From Alphaproteobacteria bacterium (GTDB taxonomy: Bacteria; Pseudomonadota; Alphaproteobacteria; UBA828), in assembly GCA_965214705.1 (NCBI GenBank), contig CBDCCI010000002.1, positions 1,152,001 through 1,216,000 on the forward strand: DNA of 64,000 nt, read 5' to 3'. Of the stretch, positions 9,542 through 20,167 are shown one piece after another; position 1 is the stretch's first letter; each line of letters opens with the position of its first letter. Under the pieces are notes generated by a model. The model searched no databases and was not told the origin of the DNA. It saw only the letters and a list, made by a program, of their open reading frames with translations. A program made the position numbers and the translations under genes.

Positions 9542-10276
9542 ATGAACGACGAGGGCGCAGCGACCAACGCCGCCCACCGCGAGGCGCCGCCGGCCGAGGC
9601 GGAGCACATCCTGGTAGTGGACGACGACGACCGCATACGCACGCTGCTCGGCCGCTACCTGCGTGACAATGGCTATCACGTCTCCACCGCGAGCACGGCC
9701 GCCGAGGCGCGGGCCAAGCTCGACGGTATGACCTTCGACCTGATCGTGCTCGACGTGATGATGCCGGGCGAATCGGGCGTCGAGTTCACGCACGGGCTGC
9801 GTCGCTCGGACGCGGTTCCGGTCTTGCTGCTCACGGCCATGACCGAGCCGGAAGACCGCATCGCGGGGCTGGAAAGCGGCGCCGACGACTATCTGACCAA
9901 GCCCTTCGAGCCGCGCGAGCTGCTGCTGCGCGTCGCCACCATCCTGCGGCGCACGGCGGCTGCGCCCCCTGCGACGCCCGAGACCTGCGTCGTGATGGGG
10001 GAGGTCCGCTATTTTCCGGCGCGGGATCAGCTCTTGCGGGGCGACGAGCCGGTACGGCTGACCACGGCCGAGGCCGACCTCCTCCGCGTCTTCGCTTCCA
10101 ATCCGGGAGAAACGATGAGCCGGCACGCGCTGAGCGAGCGTCTCGGCGGCGGCGCCTCGCGCCGCGCGATCGACGTGCAAATCGCCCGGCTTAGGCGCAA
10201 GATCGAGCCGGAACCCCAGCATCCCCGTTACCTGCAGACCGTCTGGGGCCGAGGCTATGTGCTGCGAGCCGATTGA
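9542..10276 (+). CDS. OmpR-family response regulator (PetR-like)
   Basis: HILVVDDD, LDVMMPG, GADDYLTKPF, winged helix ending YLQTVWGRGY. Confidence 0.95.
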   Translation: MNDEGAATNAAHREAPPAEAEHILVVDDDDRIRTLLGRYLRDNGYHVSTASTAAEARAKLDGMTFDLIVLDVMMPGESGVEFTHGLRRSDAVPVLLLTAMTEPEDRIAGLESGADDYLTKPFEPRELLLRVATILRRTAAAPPATPETCVVMGEVRYFPARDQLLRGDEPVRLTTAEADLLRVFASNPGETMSRHALSERLGGGASRRAIDVQIARLRRKIEPEPQHPRYLQTVWGRGYVLRAD

Positions 10277-10306
10277 GCCGCGGCGTCCGCCGGGAGAGCG
10301 TTCGCC

Positions 10307-11635
10307 GTGAACCTGCTACGCACATTCATGCCGCGTGGCCTGTTCTGGCGGGCGTTCCTGATCATGCTCATCCCGCTGATTCTGGTTCAGGCAACGGTGG
10401 TCTACATCTTCTTCGAGCGACACTGGGATACGGTGAGCAACCAGCTGGCGTTGGATGTCAGCGGCGATGTCCTCTCCATCATGCGCATGGCCGACGGCGT
10501 GACCGACCCCGCAGAGCGCGCCCGGATCGACGAGATCGCCCGGCGAGAGATGCAGTTCGGGGTCGTCTTCGAGGATGGCGCGGTGCTGCCCGACGAGGCT
10601 CCGCGGCAGAGCGGTGGCATCTCTTACGAAATGCTGCACCGGCAGCTCGACCAGCGCATCGGGGCCCCCTACCACCTCGACAGCACTCTGCCCGACAAGG
10701 GGATGACAATTCGGGTCCAGCGGCCGGACGGTGTGTTGACCCTGCTGACGACAACCAGGCGCTTGCGGGAATCGACCACCGTCCTGCCCTTCCTGTGGAT
10801 GGCAGGGATGGCACTCGTGGTGACGACGATCGCCGTCCTGTTTCTGCGTAACCAGGTTCGTCCGATCAGGCGGCTGGCGGCTGCCGCCGACGCGCTGGGC
10901 AAGGGCCGGCCGGTGAGCGACCTCAAGCCCGCAGGCGCGTCCGAGGTTCGTCTCGCGGGTGCCGCCTTTCTGGAGATGCAGGGACGGATTCAGCGTCAGA
11001 TCACGCAGCGCACCGAGATGCTGGCCGGGGTCTCTCACGATCTCCGGACGCCGCTGACGCGGGTGCGGCTGCAGCTCGCCATGTTGGCCGATGCGCACCC
11101 CGATTCGCGGGCCGAGATCGCCGAGTCCGAGCAGGACCTGCTGCTCATGGAGCACATGATCGACGAGTACATGGCCTTCGCACGCGGCCAAGGCGGGGAG
11201 GCGCCGGTCAGCACCGACCTTGCCGAGATCATCGACGACGTCACGGCAGACGCCCGCGACAAGGGCAGGGCGATCACTCTCGAGGTCGAGCGCCCCCTGG
11301 TCATGGCGCTCCGGCCGAACGCCATCCGTCGCTGCCTCACCAACCTGGTGGAGAACGCCGTACATCACGGCGCGCAGGTCGCGATCAGCGCCGTCCGCCG
11401 GGACGATGTCGTCTCGGTGGCGATCGAGGACGACGGGCCGGGCATTCCCGAAGAGCAGCGGGAGGAGGTGTTCAAGCCGTTCTTCCGGCTCGACGACGCG
11501 CGCAACCCGCGCACCGGCGGGGCCGGTCTCGGCCTTGCGATCGCACGCGATGTCGCCCGCGGGCACGGCGGCGATATCCGCATGAGCGGGGGCTCGCTCG
11601 GCGGCTTGCGTGCCGAGCTCCGCCTACCGGTCTAG
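10307..11635 (+). CDS. EnvZ-like sensor histidine kinase
   Basis: Two TMs, HAMP, H-box VSHDLRTPL, N-box NLVENA, DDGPGI, GAGLGLAI. Confidence 0.95.
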   Translation: MNLLRTFMPRGLFWRAFLIMLIPLILVQATVVYIFFERHWDTVSNQLALDVSGDVLSIMRMADGVTDPAERARIDEIARREMQFGVVFEDGAVLPDEAPRQSGGISYEMLHRQLDQRIGAPYHLDSTLPDKGMTIRVQRPDGVLTLLTTTRRLRESTTVLPFLWMAGMALVVTTIAVLFLRNQVRPIRRLAAAADALGKGRPVSDLKPAGASEVRLAGAAFLEMQGRIQRQITQRTEMLAGVSHDLRTPLTRVRLQLAMLADAHPDSRAEIAESEQDLLLMEHMIDEYMAFARGQGGEAPVSTDLAEIIDDVTADARDKGRAITLEVERPLVMALRPNAIRRCLTNLVENAVHHGAQVAISAVRRDDVVSVAIEDDGPGIPEEQREEVFKPFFRLDDARNPRTGGAGLGLAIARDVARGHGGDIRMSGGSLGGLRAELRLPV

Positions 11636-11644
11636 GTCAGAGAC

Positions 11645-12289
11645 TTACCCGGCTTCGGCGGGCTGGGCCTCGCGCCAGCCGCGGCGCGGCGCGAGGCGGC
11701 AGAGCGAGCGCGTCATTCGGTCGAGGCGCTTGAGCCGCCGGTCGAGCGCGGCCATGGTGCGCGCCATGTCCTCGCTGTCGTCATGGATCCAGACCCGGAG
11801 CATGGTGAGATAGAGCGTACACAGCGCGTTCACCCGAAGCTCGCCGCGCAGACCGGCGCTGCTCAAATCGGCCGCTTCGAGCATCCAGCGCATCGAGCGC
11901 CGCATCGTGAGCGACCCGCACAGGACGCCCTCCGGGTTCGACGGGGCGCTCCGCACGATCGCGACGACCCCGTCCCTGTGCGCATTCAGCAGATCGAAGC
12001 GCTTCATCAGCACGTCGAACAGGCGCTCGGTGGCCGGGCGTCCGGCCATCTCGGGGTCCCGCGCGGCCAGCACCTCGCGGTCGACACTAGCAGAGTAGGC
12101 CGCGACGATGGCGCTCTTGGAGGAGAACTCCGCGCGCAGCTCCGCGAGGGAGATCCCAGCCGCCTCGGCGATGTCGCCTAGGCTGGCCCGCGCCCAGCCG
12201 CGGCTCGCGGCCAGTGTCAGCGCACTCTCGATGATGGTCTGGGGCACGTCCTTGCGCCTGCCGGCCCCTGCTGCAGTCTTCCTTGGCAT
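11645..12289 (-). CDS. TetR-like helix-turn-helix protein
   Basis: N-terminal HTH (LGDIAEAAGISLAEL.AEFSSK), ERLFDVLMKRFD, DDSEDMARTMAALD; usual neighbour of proC. Confidence 0.75.
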   Translation of the reverse strand: MPRKTAAGAGRRKDVPQTIIESALTLAASRGWARASLGDIAEAAGISLAELRAEFSSKSAIVAAYSASVDREVLAARDPEMAGRPATERLFDVLMKRFDLLNAHRDGVVAIVRSAPSNPEGVLCGSLTMRRSMRWMLEAADLSSAGLRGELRVNALCTLYLTMLRVWIHDDSEDMARTMAALDRRLKRLDRMTRSLCRLAPRRGWREAQPAEAG

Positions 12290-12372
12290 GGTCCTGCACC
12301 TCGCCGCCGCCACCAGAGCCTGAAGTGTAGGCCGCGCGAAATCCGGCGGTCAACGCGCCCGCGGTGGTCCGA

Positions 12373-13191
12373 CTACGAAGGCGCGAGGGCGCGGCTACGC
12401 TCGGTAGCGGCGCGCACCGCGCGGGTCATGAGCGGGCTGAGCCCGTCCGCCGCCATCAGGACGGAGAGCGCGGCCTCCGTGGTGCCGCCGGGGCTGGTCA
12501 CGTTGCGGCGAAGCTGGGCGGCGTCGTCTTCCGCCTGGGCCAGCAGGGCGCCGGCGCCGCTCACCGTGCGCTCGGCCAGCAGGCGCGCGAGGTCCGCAGG
12601 CAGTCCGGCATCGATGGCGGCCTCGGCCAGGCATTCCGCGAGCAGAAAGACGTAGGCCGGGCCGCTGCCCGAGACCGCCGTCACTGCATCCATGTGGGAC
12701 TCGTCGTCGATCCAGGCGACGGCCCCCACCGCCCCAAGCAGCCCCTCGCAGAGCACCTTCTGATTCCAACTGGCGGCCGAATTGGCCCAGGCGACGGTCA
12801 TGCCCTCGCCAATGGCGGCCGGAGTGTTGGGCATGGCGCGGACGATGGGCACATCGCCGAGGTCACGCTCCAGCAGGGCGGAGGGCCAGCCGGCGGCGAT
12901 GGAGAGGTGCACGCAGTCCGGGCCGCCGAAGCCCGCGTACCGGGGCACCACATCCGCCATCACCTGCGGCTTGACCGCGAAGACGATCGCCGCGGGATTG
13001 AGCGTGACGGGCAGGGCGCCGGGCTCGCTCACGCGCTCCACCCCGAGCGGAGCGAGACGTTCGGCCACGCCGTCGTCCGGCTCGACGATTCTGAACTGCG
13101 CGGCCTCCAGGGGCCCGCGCAGCCACCCGGCCGCGAGCGCGCCGCCCATCCTGCCGCCGCCGACCAGGACGATGGGGCCGGGAGCCGTCAT
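12373..13191 (-). CDS. proC: Pyrroline-5-carboxylate reductase
   Basis: GGGRMG, AVKPQ, RAMPNTP, TAVSGSGPAY, VTSPGGTT; ATG overlaps upstream TGA at 13191. Confidence 0.96.
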   Translation of the reverse strand: MTAPGPIVLVGGGRMGGALAAGWLRGPLEAAQFRIVEPDDGVAERLAPLGVERVSEPGALPVTLNPAAIVFAVKPQVMADVVPRYAGFGGPDCVHLSIAAGWPSALLERDLGDVPIVRAMPNTPAAIGEGMTVAWANSAASWNQKVLCEGLLGAVGAVAWIDDESHMDAVTAVSGSGPAYVFLLAECLAEAAIDAGLPADLARLLAERTVSGAGALLAQAEDDAAQLRRNVTSPGGTTEAALSVLMAADGLSPLMTRAVRAATERSRALAPS

Positions 13192-13694
13192 CAGGCCCTC
13201 CCGCGCGGTTCCATGAGCGCCGCCTCGAAGGCTTCCTCGGGCGCGAGGCCCGCCTGGATCACCTGCTGGAAGGCCGGATAGAAGCGCTCGCACTCGGCAA
13301 CGCCCACGGTCACCACCTCGACGATCTGCGAGTCCTCCACGCCCTGGGTGCCGCGCAACAGGAGCGCATGGCGCCAGGTCGGCCGACCTTCCTCGGCCCA
13401 GAGGTCGAAGTGGCCGACCCACAGGCTCTCGTTGATCAAGTTGACCAGGGCGCAAACCGCCGGCCGTCGCTCATCGGGCACGCCCATGTCGAAGCCGCTG
13501 GCGAAATGCAGCACGTCGAGATCGGCGCGGTAGGCGAACCAGAGCTGATATTCGCACCAGCTACCCGTCAGCGAGCCGGTAAGGTCCTCTTCGCCCATGC
13601 GCTCGAACGAGAGCCGGCTCGCCATCATCACCCGCTCGACCGCATCGAGCGTGTCGCTGGACAGGCGCTCCGGTTCCACAAGCGACACCGCCAT
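13191..13694 (-). CDS. YbjN domain-containing protein
   Basis: GSWCEYQLWF, INESLWVGHFDLW, ECERFYPAFQ; conserved upstream of proC in alphaproteobacteria. Confidence 0.85.
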   Translation of the reverse strand: MAVSLVEPERLSSDTLDAVERVMMASRLSFERMGEEDLTGSLTGSWCEYQLWFAYRADLDVLHFASGFDMGVPDERRPAVCALVNLINESLWVGHFDLWAEEGRPTWRHALLLRGTQGVEDSQIVEVVTVGVAECERFYPAFQQVIQAGLAPEEAFEAALMEPRGRA

Positions 13695-13832
13695 CTCATC
13701 GCCCCGTCGTCGTGCCGTCACACGCGGCAGGCGCTTCTGCCTACCACATGTGACGCTAACTACAATAGGATGGGATGGCGAGATAGAAAATCCCAAAATG
13801 TTGCGTCTTGGGGTCCCAAAGGTACCGGCGGG

Positions 13833-14390
13833 CTAAATCGGAAGCTGCGGCGCGGCGCCGTCGGGCAAGGGAACGCGATGCTCGTTCAGTGTCATCGCGA
13901 TCATCGCGTAGTAGCCGTTGAGCGCCGTGAGCTCGACCGTGCCGGCGGGGCCGAACAGCGCGAGCGCCTTGTCATAGGTCTCGTCGCTGACCGCGCGGTT
14001 GATCTGCAGCTCGCAGGTGAAGTCGTAGACCGTCACCTCGTCCTCGGCCGAGAGCGGCGGCGGACGCCGATGCTTGATCGCCTCGATCACCGCGTCCGGC
14101 AGGCCCGCGCGCGCCGCCTCGGCCGCGTGCCAGTGCCATTCGTACTGGCACGACCAGTGGCGGGCGACCGCGAGGATCGCGAGCTCGCTCAGGCGCGGCT
14201 CCAGGCTGGTCTCGTAGCGCAGCAGTGCGCCCAGCGCCTGCACGCGGTCCGCAAGCTCGGCATTGTGCAGGAGCGCCATGAAGAGGTCGGGCACCGTGCC
14301 GCGCGGCCCGCTCCGAATCGCCTCGCAGACCCGGCGCTGATCGGCTGTCAGCTCCTCGACGCTGGGCAGCGGCAGGCGGGATGCAGTCAC
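13833..14390 (-). CDS. Carboxymuconolactone decarboxylase/AhpD family protein
   Basis: GTG start overlapping gpt stop; [37 protein letters not shown]. Confidence 0.8.
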   Translation of the reverse strand: MTASRLPLPSVEELTADQRRVCEAIRSGPRGTVPDLFMALLHNAELADRVQALGALLRYETSLEPRLSELAILAVARHWSCQYEWHWHAAEAARAGLPDAVIEAIKHRRPPPLSAEDEVTVYDFTCELQINRAVSDETYDKALALFGPAGTVELTALNGYYAMIAMTLNEHRVPLPDGAAPQLPI

Positions 14391-14887
14391 GCCGCGCCCC
14401 GCTCCCCGCCGGCCGCCTCGCGCTCGGCGATCGGCGGCACGAATTGCAGGTCGGTGTCCCAGGGGAAGAAGATCCAGGTGTCCTGGCTGACCTCGGTGAC
14501 GAAGGTATGCGCCTCGCCCCGCCCGGCCGGCTTGGTATAGACGCAGGCGAAGTGGGCCTTCGGCAGCATCTCGCGGACGATCCGGGCGGTGGCCCCGGTA
14601 TCGGCGAGATCGTCGACGATCAGCACGCCCTCGCCGTCGCCGGCGACCGGCTTCAGGACTTGCGCGGAGCGCTGATCCTGGTGGTCGTAGGAGGAAATGC
14701 AGACGGTGTCGATCAGGCGGATGTCCAGCTCGCGCGCGACAACCGTCGCCGGCACCAGGCCGCCGCGGGTGACCGCGACGATGCTGCGCCAGGGGCCGAG
14801 CTCCGCCAGCCGCCAAGCGAGCGCGCGCGCGTCCCGATGTAGCTGATCCCACGAAACCGGGAAGCCTTTTGCGTATCGTTCCGTCAT
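14387..14887 (-). CDS. gpt: Xanthine-guanine phosphoribosyltransferase
   Basis: [33 protein letters not shown] motif, [12 protein letters not shown]. Confidence 0.93.
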   Translation of the reverse strand: MTERYAKGFPVSWDQLHRDARALAWRLAELGPWRSIVAVTRGGLVPATVVARELDIRLIDTVCISSYDHQDQRSAQVLKPVAGDGEGVLIVDDLADTGATARIVREMLPKAHFACVYTKPAGRGEAHTFVTEVSQDTWIFFPWDTDLQFVPPIAEREAAGGERGAA

Positions 14888-15040
14888 CTCGTTCCCCGTC
14901 CTGAGCCGTTGTCGCGTCGGCGCACATGCAACCGGACAACGCCCGGCGGAGCAAGGGGACCATTGTCCGTGGAACCGGGGCGGCATGACGGCAGCCGCGC
15001 CGCCTTTCGGTGCCGGCCCGATACGGGTAAGAAGCGGCAC

Positions 15041-15949
15041 ATGGCGGACCACGTGCGGGCGCTGCCGGGCAGCGAAGCCGAGACGCGGGCGCTCCTCGAG
15101 GAGGGGCGCTACGTCGCGGACGACGCGCTGGTCAAGACCCTCTACCTGAGCTTCGCCCTCGGCCGCCCCTTGCTGCTGGAGGGCGAGGCCGGCTGCGGCA
15201 AGACCCAGCTCGCCGCGACCCTTGCCGAGACCCTCGGCCGCCGTCTGCTGCGCCTGCAATGCCACGAGGGGCTCGATTCGGCGGCCGCCGTCTACGAGTG
15301 GAACTACGCCGCCCAGATGCTCGCAATTCGCCTGGCCGAGCGCGGCGGCACCGGGCGCGACGCCCTGGCCGAGGACATCTTCGGCGAGCGCTTCCTGGTC
15401 AAGCGACCGCTGCTCACGGCGCTCGAGCCCGACCCTCTCGGCCCGCCGGTGCTGCTCATCGACGAGATCGACCGGGCCGATGCGCCCTTCGAGGCCTACC
15501 TGCTGGAGGTGCTCTCCGAATTCCAGGTGAGCGTGCCCGAGGTCGGCACGGTCACCGCCGCCGAGCGGCCCGTTGTCGTCATCACGTCGAACCGCACGCG
15601 CGAGGTGCACGACGCGCTCAAGCGGCGCTGCCTCTACCACTGGGTCGACTACCCGGATGCCGTGCAGGAGAAGGCGATCCTGCGCGCGCGCCTGCCGGGG
15701 GTGGAGCAACGGCTGAGCGACAACATCGCCGCGTTCATCGAGCGCATGCAGAAGGCCGATCTTTCCACGGTGCCGGGGCTCGGCGAGGTGATCGCGTGGT
15801 CGAGCGCCGTGGTCCAGCTGGACCAGATCGAGCTCGATCCCGAGACCATCCAGGCCAATCTCGAGCGCCTGCTGGCGTATCAACGGGGCCTCGCGGAGGC
15901 CAGCGGCCGCGCGCCGACAAACCCCCTCCCGCCGGGGCAGCGGCCGTGA
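15041..15949 (+). CDS. MoxR-family AAA+ ATPase (CoxD-like)
   Basis: [45 protein letters not shown]. Confidence 0.92.
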   Translation: MADHVRALPGSEAETRALLEEGRYVADDALVKTLYLSFALGRPLLLEGEAGCGKTQLAATLAETLGRRLLRLQCHEGLDSAAAVYEWNYAAQMLAIRLAERGGTGRDALAEDIFGERFLVKRPLLTALEPDPLGPPVLLIDEIDRADAPFEAYLLEVLSEFQVSVPEVGTVTAAERPVVVITSNRTREVHDALKRRCLYHWVDYPDAVQEKAILRARLPGVEQRLSDNIAAFIERMQKADLSTVPGLGEVIAWSSAVVQLDQIELDPETIQANLERLLAYQRGLAEASGRAPTNPLPPGQRP

Positions 15950-17160
15950 CGACCTGGCAGCAGACGTTCGAGTCCGAGGCGGGCGGCACTCTCGCCTATA
16001 ACGTCATGCACTTCGTGCGGGGCCTGCGCGGCGCCGGCCTTCCGGCCGGGCCCGGCAAGACCATCGAGGCGGTGCGCGCGGTCGAGGCGGTGGACCCCAT
16101 CCGGCGCAGCGATCTCTACTGGGCGCTCCACGCCGTGCTCGTCGAGCGGCGCGATCAGCACGATCTCTTCGACCAGGCGTTCCGGCTGTTCTGGCGTGAA
16201 ATCCGCATGGAGAGCGCGGTTCCGGGGCCGGTCATGGCGACCGACCGGCTGCCCCAGCCGGAGGCGCCGCCGGCGAGCCGCCGGGCCAGCGAGGCCATCG
16301 CGCCCCGCCTGCCGGAAGAGGAGGAAAACGAGGAGAACGTCGAGATCGAGCTCGACGCGGTGCTCACCTTCTCCCCCCAGGAGGTGCTGCAGGAGATGGA
16401 CTTCGAGGACATGTCGGCGGACGAGCTGGCCGAGGCCAAGCGGGCGATCGCGGCGCTCCGGCTGCCGATCAAGCCGGTGCCGACCCGGCGCTTCTGGCCC
16501 GATCCGCTCGGCCGGCGCATCGACATGCGCGCGACGCTCCGCGCGAGCCTGCGCTCCAGCGGCGACATGATGCCGCTCAAGCGCCGCTCCCGCGCCGAGC
16601 GGCTGCCGGCGCTGGTGGTGCTCTGCGACGTGTCGGGCTCGATGAGCCGCTACTCGCGCATGTTCCTGCACTTCGTCCACGCTGTGACCAACGACCGCGA
16701 CCGGGTGCACAGCTTCCTCTTCGGCACCCGGCTCACCAACATCACGCGCCACCTCCGGCACCGCGACGTCGATGTCGCCATGAGCCGCGCAAGCCGGGCC
16801 GTGCGCGACTGGTCCGGCGGCACCCGGATCGGCCCCTGCCTCAAGGACTTCAACCATTACTGGTCGCGCCGCGTGCTGGCCCAGGGCGCGCTGGTGCTGC
16901 TGATCACCGACGGGCTCGACCGCGACGATCTCGTCATCCTGCAGGCCGAGGTGGAGCGGCTGCACAAGTCCTGCCGCCGCCTGATCTGGCTTAATCCGCT
17001 GCTCCGCTACGAGGGCTTCAAGCCCGAGGCCGGCGGCGTGCGCACGATCCTGCCGCATATCGACGAGTTCCGGCCGGTCCACAACATCGCGAGCCTCATG
17101 GACATCGCCGCCGCCCTGAGCGAGCCGACAGTCGCCGAGCCGAGCGCCGCCTGGAGTTGA
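15946..17160 (+). CDS. VWA domain protein (CoxE-like)
   Basis: [40 protein letters not shown]; GTG overlaps ATPase stop. Confidence 0.92.
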   Translation: MTTWQQTFESEAGGTLAYNVMHFVRGLRGAGLPAGPGKTIEAVRAVEAVDPIRRSDLYWALHAVLVERRDQHDLFDQAFRLFWREIRMESAVPGPVMATDRLPQPEAPPASRRASEAIAPRLPEEEENEENVEIELDAVLTFSPQEVLQEMDFEDMSADELAEAKRAIAALRLPIKPVPTRRFWPDPLGRRIDMRATLRASLRSSGDMMPLKRRSRAERLPALVVLCDVSGSMSRYSRMFLHFVHAVTNDRDRVHSFLFGTRLTNITRHLRHRDVDVAMSRASRAVRDWSGGTRIGPCLKDFNHYWSRRVLAQGALVLLITDGLDRDDLVILQAEVERLHKSCRRLIWLNPLLRYEGFKPEAGGVRTILPHIDEFRPVHNIASLMDIAAALSEPTVAEPSAAWS

Positions 17161-17212
17161 GACCGGACCCATCGCCCCGGTCGCGAACCGCCTCGAGCGC
17201 GCCCCAACCCTC

Positions 17213-17440
17213 TTTGAACGTTCTCTACGCGTTCATTGGCCTGCCGTTCCCGCTCGCAGTCATGCTTGCGATCCCGATCGTGGCCTTGTTCGGGCGGGTG
17301 GCGGAGCGCCTGATCTTCCGACCGACGCGGAAGAACATCCTGGCCAATTTCATGGCCACCGCAGGTCTTGCGTCTATCCTGCAAGTGCTCGCGGAGCAGA
17401 TTTGGGGTGTCGGTATCGCCAAGAGCATTCCTACGGCGTC
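17213..17440 (+). pseudogene. Internal fragment of a LivH-type branched-chain amino acid ABC permease
   Basis: GLPFPLAVMLAIPIVALFGRVAERLIFRP...FMATAGLASILQVLAEQIWG matches the middle helices of LivH; both ends missing. Confidence 0.65.
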
Positions 17441-17487
17441 GCTTAGGCTAAGCTGGTCGCGATGTCGGCAGCTTCGGGGAGAAAGCC

Positions 17488-18273
17488 ATGAAAGTCGGTC
17501 TGGAGGGTAAGCGGACGCTGGTTACTGGCGCGGCAAGCGGCATCGGGCGCGCCATCGCTGAGGCCTACGCGCGAGAAGGGGCGACGGTCGCGGTCCACGC
17601 GCGGAGCGAGGAACGGGCGGCGGAGACACTCGACGCTATCGCCGATGCCGGCGGCAAGGCCTTCGCCGCGCCGGCCGATCTGACCGACGCCGCGGCCATC
17701 GAGGCGATGTGCAAGGCCGCCGTCGAGCGGCTCGGCGGCATCGACGTGGTCGTGAACAACGCCGGGGTCGCCGACGTCAAGAAGGTCGTCGACATGGACG
17801 AGGCCATGTGGGACTGGATCATGGCGGTCAACCTGAAGGCGCCGTACCTGGTCTCCAAGCACACGTTGCCGGCGATGATCGAGCAGGGCGCAGGCGGCGT
17901 GCAGCTCTTCAACGCGTCCACCAACGCCAAGACGGCGGATGCGGAGTGGACCGCCTACAACACGACCAAGCACGGCCTGGTCGGCTTCGTGCGCTGTCTC
18001 GCCGCCGAGGTGGGCGAGCACAACATCCGGGTCAACGCCATCTGTCCCGGCTGGATCGAAACCAAGATGGCGGTGGCGCTGCACGAGGACATGGCGCGCG
18101 ATCTCGGCGAGCCCTACGAGAAGGTCTATGACGAGAGCATGCGCACCAACATGCTGAGCGCCCTGATCCCGCCGACTGCGATCGCCGAGATGGCGGTCTA
18201 TCTGGCCGGCGATCCCGGCCGTTACGTCACCGGCCAGGCGATCAACGTCTGCGCCGGCCTGAGCATCCACTGA
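17488..18273 (+). CDS. SDR family NAD(P)-dependent oxidoreductase
   Basis: TGAASGIG, NNAG, YNTTK, VNAICPG. Confidence 0.93.
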   Translation: MKVGLEGKRTLVTGAASGIGRAIAEAYAREGATVAVHARSEERAAETLDAIADAGGKAFAAPADLTDAAAIEAMCKAAVERLGGIDVVVNNAGVADVKKVVDMDEAMWDWIMAVNLKAPYLVSKHTLPAMIEQGAGGVQLFNASTNAKTADAEWTAYNTTKHGLVGFVRCLAAEVGEHNIRVNAICPGWIETKMAVALHEDMARDLGEPYEKVYDESMRTNMLSALIPPTAIAEMAVYLAGDPGRYVTGQAINVCAGLSIH

Positions 18274-18286
18274 ACGGCGACGGTGG

Positions 18287-19174
18287 TCAGCCGGACTGGC
18301 GATCGAGGAAGTCGCGCAGCGCCGCGAAGTAAGCTTCGGGCTCCTCGAAGAACGGCGTGTGCGAGCTGTTGGGAAAGACCATGCTCGTCGCGTTCGGCAG
18401 CACGTCCTGCATGAGCATGGCGCCTTCGGGCGTGAGCTCGTCGTGGAGGCCGCTCACGATCAGGCAAGGCACCGCGATGCGCCCCATCTCAGCGAGCCGG
18501 TCCCAATCCTTGAGCGTGCCGACGCAGCAGAACTCGTTGGGTCCCCACATCGTGCCGTAGACATCCATGTTGATGCCGTCGAGCGAGCGTTGCAGCGGCG
18601 CGGGCCACGCGTCGAGCCGGCACAGGTGCCTGTGGTACAGGATCGTGATGGCGGCCTCGTAAGTGGGGTGGTCGGTGGTTCCCTGCGCCTCGTGGCGCTG
18701 CATCATGGCCACCGTCTCGGGCCCCAGGGCAGCGCGCAGGCGCTTCATCTCCGCGACCGTGTGCGGCACGCAGCCCGAGCCGTTGGCGATCACATAGGAC
18801 GCGACGTTCTCCTGGTGTTTCAGGCAGTAGTCCGTCGCCAGCCAGGTTCCCCACGATTGCCCGAGAAGGTGGACGCGGCCCAGCCCGAGTGCGCTCCGCA
18901 CCGCTTCGACCTCGTCAACGTAGCGGGGTACGTTGTAGAGCGAGGTGTCGCCCGGCTTGTCCGACTCGCCGCAGCCGAGCTGGTCGTAGGCCACCACACG
19001 CCAGCCGTGGTCCGCCATTACCGAGTGGCTGTCCCGCACATAATCGCAGGGCAGGCCGGGGCCGCCGTGAAGAATGAGCAGCACCCGCTCGCCTTCACCA
19101 AAGCTGTAGACGGCCACCTCGCCGCCCTCCACGGCGACGCGGCAGGTCTCGTCAGGCTGTCTCTCTTCGCTCAT
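18287..19174 (-). CDS. Proline iminopeptidase / L-amino acid amidase family hydrolase
   Basis: HGGPG, YDQLGCGES, GQSWG, MWGPNEF, SSH. Confidence 0.9.
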   Translation of the reverse strand: MSEERQPDETCRVAVEGGEVAVYSFGEGERVLLILHGGPGLPCDYVRDSHSVMADHGWRVVAYDQLGCGESDKPGDTSLYNVPRYVDEVEAVRSALGLGRVHLLGQSWGTWLATDYCLKHQENVASYVIANGSGCVPHTVAEMKRLRAALGPETVAMMQRHEAQGTTDHPTYEAAITILYHRHLCRLDAWPAPLQRSLDGINMDVYGTMWGPNEFCCVGTLKDWDRLAEMGRIAVPCLIVSGLHDELTPEGAMLMQDVLPNATSMVFPNSSHTPFFEEPEAYFAALRDFLDRQSG

Positions 19175-19189
19175 CGATCGGTTCCTCCG

Positions 19190-20167
19190 CTACCCCGAGG
19201 CGTCGTAGGTGTCGCAGTACTCGGCGTACATGCGCTCGTAACGCTCCGCGTTCATCGTGGAGTAGATGCGAAAGTCGAAGTCGATGGGCTTGTCCATCAC
19301 CTCGGAGACGAAGCTCCAGGTGGTCTCGCGGATGGCGGAAACGACCGTCGCAGCCGCGAAGCGGTGGCGCAGCTCATCGGTGGCCGGCGTCTCGAAATAG
19401 GTCTCGAGATAAGGGTCGATCTCGTCCGGCCTGATCTCGATGTTCATGGCCAGCACCCCGAGATCGAACAGATCCACCGTGAACCCGCCGAACTCCCAGT
19501 CGACGAACCAGACGCGCTCGCCGTCGTCCATGATGTTCTGCGGGTTGAGGTCGTTATGGCCGAAGACGATGGTCGCCGGCCCCATCGCGCGCTCCAGCGC
19601 CTCGTTCGCTGCGGCGAGGCCCGGCAGCATGTCACGCCATCGCTCGTAGAGCCGGTCGGAGCGCTCCTGCAGCAGCCGGATGTACGCACGATGATGCTGG
19701 AACGGCCAGAACATGAAGCCCGTCGAGTCCAGATGCTTGTGGGCCTCACCATGTAGCTGGCGGAAGAGGCGGGCCACCTTGGCGAGCTGCGCCGGCTCGT
19801 GCACGTCGGCCGGCAGCAGCGAGCGGCCTTCGATGAAGCGGATCACCATCAGGCCGGGCTCGGCGTAGACCACCTCCGGCGCGACGCCCGCTGCGTGGGC
19901 GGCACGGAAGGCCCGGAGCTCGTGGTCGCGGGAGACGCCGAAGAAGGGCTCGTCCTCGCCAACGCGGATCACGTAGCGCTCGCCGGCGTCGTCTGCAGTG
20001 AGGTTGATGTTGCTCAAGCCCCCGCTCAGCAGAACGGGCTCGACCGGGCCGCTCCAGATCGGCAGCGCGCGGGCGCGCTCGATCGCGGCACCGCTGCGCG
20101 CCTCCATGCCGCGGGCGCCGCCGATCAGATCGTAGACATCGTCGTCGGAGGTGGGGGTCTTCGTCAT
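19190..20167 (-). CDS. Choline/ethanolamine kinase-family (APH-like) phosphotransferase
   Basis: LSGGLSN, HNDLNPQN, VDWEFGG, FDLG; ATGA-coupled to the GcvT-family gene. Confidence 0.88.
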   Translation of the reverse strand: MTKTPTSDDDVYDLIGGARGMEARSGAAIERARALPIWSGPVEPVLLSGGLSNINLTADDAGERYVIRVGEDEPFFGVSRDHELRAFRAAHAAGVAPEVVYAEPGLMVIRFIEGRSLLPADVHEPAQLAKVARLFRQLHGEAHKHLDSTGFMFWPFQHHRAYIRLLQERSDRLYERWRDMLPGLAAANEALERAMGPATIVFGHNDLNPQNIMDDGERVWFVDWEFGGFTVDLFDLGVLAMNIEIRPDEIDPYLETYFETPATDELRHRFAAATVVSAIRETTWSFVSEVMDKPIDFDFRIYSTMNAERYERMYAEYCDTYDASG

